A DNA stretch of 63,978 bases, counting the filler, from Dimargaris cristalligena (Eukaryota): the NCBI GenBank assembly GCA_003614675.1. It is 4 parts of 4 records of this genome, joined end to end, with 100 filler letters (N's around TTAATTAATTAA, not from the genome) between each part and the next. Parts side by side here need not be neighbours in the genome. Positions count along the whole stretch, not along the records: positions 48,391 to 63,978 come from ML002877.1; 3 more parts are not named here. One strand, 5' to 3'. Shown here in pieces: positions 60,941-63,978 of the stretch (position 1 is the first letter of the stretch; each line of letters begins with the position of its first letter). The notes under the pieces are model-generated. The model saw nothing but the letters and a program-made list of their open reading frames with translations, did no database searches and had not been told where the DNA came from. Made by a program: the position numbers and the translations under genes.

Positions 60941-61882
60941 TCAAATATTGGGCATGATTATAAATTTTGCATTAGGCTCCATATCCGCCCCTTGGCAATC
61001 CGGTCGATGCAATGCTAGCTTGCACTTACTGAGAAAGACCTGCATACAACGCTTACACGAGGTATTGGTTTCGCCGAAACGATGGAACCGATGCTGTTTC
61101 AATAATGACGGGGATTTAAATGTCTTTTGGCAGTCGGCACAAATGGACTTGGAAGTTTTGCAGCCGTTTTGGGTGTGGCGCGTATAATCACTGGTTCGGT
61201 GAAACTGGCGGGGACAATCGGGGCATGTTTTGAAGAAACTGCACTGCCCCGGCTTGGTTTGGTGATTCTGAAGGGTGGGAGCGTTGGCCAAGGACTTTTC
61301 GCATTTGGGACAGGTGACGCGTTGGTAGGGATTCTCCGAGTTTAGCGGCCCGGTGGGGGAGGCCGAGGGACGTCGAATGAAGGGTCGGATGGCTCGGCGG
61401 TTCGGGTAGGGTTCGGTGACTTGGGGCGCACCAGTGGCTAACCGACCCTCGCCGTCCGGTCGGGATTTACCCCCTTCCAGTTGGGAATTGGTGGTATGTT
61501 GTTCCGGGCCAGCGTCGCTGTCATCCGCCATGGAGCAGGCGAGTACTGGGCCATCGATAACGTCGTCGCTGTCGGCGCTCTCACAGCTATACTCGGGCCC
61601 CCAATATAGACTACCGCTGGATGACGATGGAACAAGGCCCACCGGAAGTTCCCCTGCGTCGGCGTCGGTATTGCAGGGGTATACGCTGGAGGGGTATTCA
61701 AGAGAACTTGCGGCCATGGTGGGGTCGCTAGAGCCATTCAAATCATGCACGAGGAAGCTGACGGCCATGCGGTCTTCCTTATTAGTGACCCCCGTGGGGA
61801 GTTGTTGTGTAGGACGGGCCTGTAGCTCCCAAAAATGTTCCAGAAGAACGAGACCAGCTGCCAAAAGGGAATATTTATGCAT
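60941..61882 (-). CDS. Signal-peptide-bearing protein with four C2H2/C2HC zinc fingers (313 aa)
   Basis: MHKYSLLAAGLVLLEHFWELQA-RP leader, acidic Ser-rich middle, basic patch RRAIRPFIRRP. Fingers CPKC..H..C, CPDC..H..C, CADC..H..H, CKRC..H..C. Confidence 0.8.
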   Translation of the reverse strand: MHKYSLLAAGLVLLEHFWELQARPTQQLPTGVTNKEDRMAVSFLVHDLNGSSDPTMAASSLEYPSSVYPCNTDADAGELPVGLVPSSSSGSLYWGPEYSCESADSDDVIDGPVLACSMADDSDAGPEQHTTNSQLEGGKSRPDGEGRLATGAPQVTEPYPNRRAIRPFIRRPSASPTGPLNSENPYQRVTCPKCEKSLANAPTLQNHQTKPGQCSFFKTCPDCPRQFHRTSDYTRHTQNGCKTSKSICADCQKTFKSPSLLKQHRFHRFGETNTSCKRCMQVFLSKCKLALHRPDCQGADMEPNAKFIIMPNI

Positions 61883-63925
61883 TGTGAGCAGTATAGATAT
61901 AGGAAAATGTATGATACGACCAGCGGTGGTAATCGAGCCGGAGCTGTATAATATAAATATGGGCGAATTTAGGTAAATCTAATTAAAAGAGCTCATCTAA
62001 ATAATTAATATCTGGTCATACAAGCGTACAATATCGCAAGCAATAGATAAAAGTCGAGGGGATAGGTTCGTCAAATAAAACCAATTAAGATTGTTGGGGT
62101 ATTGGGGTATATATATAGGCTGGTAACATTGTGAATACACTATTACAAGGGTTAAAATACTGTACATGTGGCGACGTGGTCTGTCCCTCCGGCCAAGACC
62201 AAAATTGCCTTTAACGTTTGTTTTTTTTGCGGGTATCTAGTTGATAGTACGGGGGACCTTAATATGAAACAATGGGGCCGGCGTGGGGGGGTGTATTGGG
62301 CGATGAAAAGAGATAAAAAACCCGGCCGGTTGTGTAACCACAGATAAAGTGCCTTGGCCGCGGTTGGGAGTTTGAGTTGAGGAAAGAATATATGACTTAG
62401 TTTTGGTATCACTAATCATGCACTGCTGGAGGGGATGATAAGGTAGTTTAAATGGTCAGCCGGAAAATTATCGGGACATGTTTGCTCTTATCTTGACAAA
62501 TCTTCCGATACTCATTCACTCCAGGGTACACCCTCATATGTTTTGATGGCTCTGTCCGACCACTTCGCAGTCCGTCCCCCTGGATATTTTCGCCACTCAA
62601 TTTTTGATTATTTTACATTGACCACCACCACTCAATCCTTACACATGGTCAAGGTCGTCAACCTATCAAATTTAACCGCTATACCATGAGGTTTGTTTTT
62701 TCACGCTTTCTAAACCTGGATCTTGGTAATAGGTTCCTGTGTGGGGTAGAATTCCCTTGCTAGAGGTTACGGATATAGCCGTATTTCAATGACAAGTTAA
62801 GGCCCGCCACACCTATATAATATATTTTTAGATACCCGGTTTTTTATTTTCTCGTTGAAAGCCCAGTGCAGGTATTTGGGACTAATCTATTTCCCAATGA
62901 TAGTACATCCCTAATGGATCTCCATCTGCGCAATTTACAAACCAATCACTGATTTGGACAAGCTTATTTCTTCAGCCAGTCGTACATTATAGGAATAATG
63001 CCCCAATTTATAGATCCATTACAAAGTATAGTCCACCGTCCCTCTTGTGCTTTTTTTTATTGTTTGCCTACCAAACCGACTAATGCGAATTCTGCCCAAT
63101 CAAGTATATGTAGCCCCCGAATGAAAAATAATAATACCGTTTAGCGACATTCAACATGGAGTTGAAATAGTGAAAGCAGAAGGTGAACGAAAGGCCTTCC
63201 CGAAGGAAATCCAGAGATTATTCTGTAAGAGAAAAGGGCCCGCCAGGGGCGTTGGTAAATGTCTGCAGTTAGTTTGATTGAATTGATTATACATATAAGG
63301 AATAATAGTTCGTGTGAAATAGCGTCCCAAGCATGAGTCGATTGGCCCTAGGTATATAATCAGTGAGTAAAGTGAAGTTGATTTCCTACCCATGTGGTAG
63401 TGTTTGAAATCGGGCGACTAGGTCAATAGATAATATTTAAAAGCACCGCCCGAAGACTAAAATACTTTGTATATTGGCGTCTGTCTTGGAGAATATTAGT
63501 CGAGCCTGAGGGGTTGATAGAAAATATATATTCTTATTAAGGTGTACCCAATCCCTCCCCCTAGTGTGATATCGTTTTGCCAATGGGGCTGACCAGTTTA
63601 GTTGAAAGACTAGGCCTACCGGGACAGTTGGAATCCCTCTCAATAAACGCGGAATGAGGTGTACGTAGTGGGCCAACCCGATTTCAATGACAAGTCAGGG
63701 TTGGTTCGACATGGTTAATTGAACATGATATATTTTAATCAGGGATATGTAGGTACGGAAAACGAGGATCAAATTAGTTAAACTAGGGGAGATGTCTTAT
63801 ATTCATGTATAGGCGAATTTGACAAAGAATCCATTATTTGCCAGGTTGACATTAAATTATCCCGCTTCTGTGATTGGGTCGTTTTATAGAGTAATATGAT
63901 GATGGACTTAATGGTCAAACCAAAT

Positions 63926-63978
63926 GGGAGAAGTTCATCCAAGCTGTATAACGAAAAATCCATTTGATGAGGCAAGTA
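63926..63978. mobile_element. 136-bp MITE, copy 7 (cut by window end)
   Basis: AAAT then GGGAGAAGTTCATCCAAGCTGTATAACGAAAAATCCA, close to copy 3. Confidence 0.85.

Overview
Eukaryotic, intron-containing fungal DNA made of four separate ~16-kb contigs joined by artificial 100-nt spacers (N44-TTAATTAATTAA-N44 at 16056, 32209 and 48291), so adjacency across spacers is not biological. Fungal-type EGT1, ERG27, COX7 and TYR1 occur with MCM8 and the cobalamin-trafficking gene MMADHC/CblD. This points to an early-diverging (non-Dikarya) fungus. A Zoopagomycota/Kickxellomycotina parasite such as Dimargaris is my guess, not a database result. Conserved genes read by hand with GT-AG introns: GPATCH4/Tma23-like, COX7, uL30m, MCM8, TPR-less SGT1, RPL29, tRNA-Val(AAC), SAS10/UTP3, a Tim17-like membrane protein, PFDN5, ERG27, a CASTOR/GATS-like ACT protein, partial EGT1, MMADHC, ARPC3 and TYR1. 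The most interesting signal is a set of intronless, signal-peptide-bearing orphan genes carrying modules that normally work only in cytosol or nucleus. These are an F-box plus ankyrin-like protein (disrupted), a four-zinc-finger protein, a three-repeat protein with a SUMO-consensus site in every repeat, and a paralog pair sharing upstream region and prepro leader but with unrelated C-termini. Together they look like a candidate host-translocated effector system. Also present: a 136-bp GGG...CCC MITE family (7 copies, 4-bp AWWT target duplications, one empty/filled site pair), several LTR-like remnants (one 13 bp upstream of the tRNA), a decayed Ty3/gypsy gag, and directional CpG-to-TpG/CpA decay in repeat copies and in one effector-like paralog.
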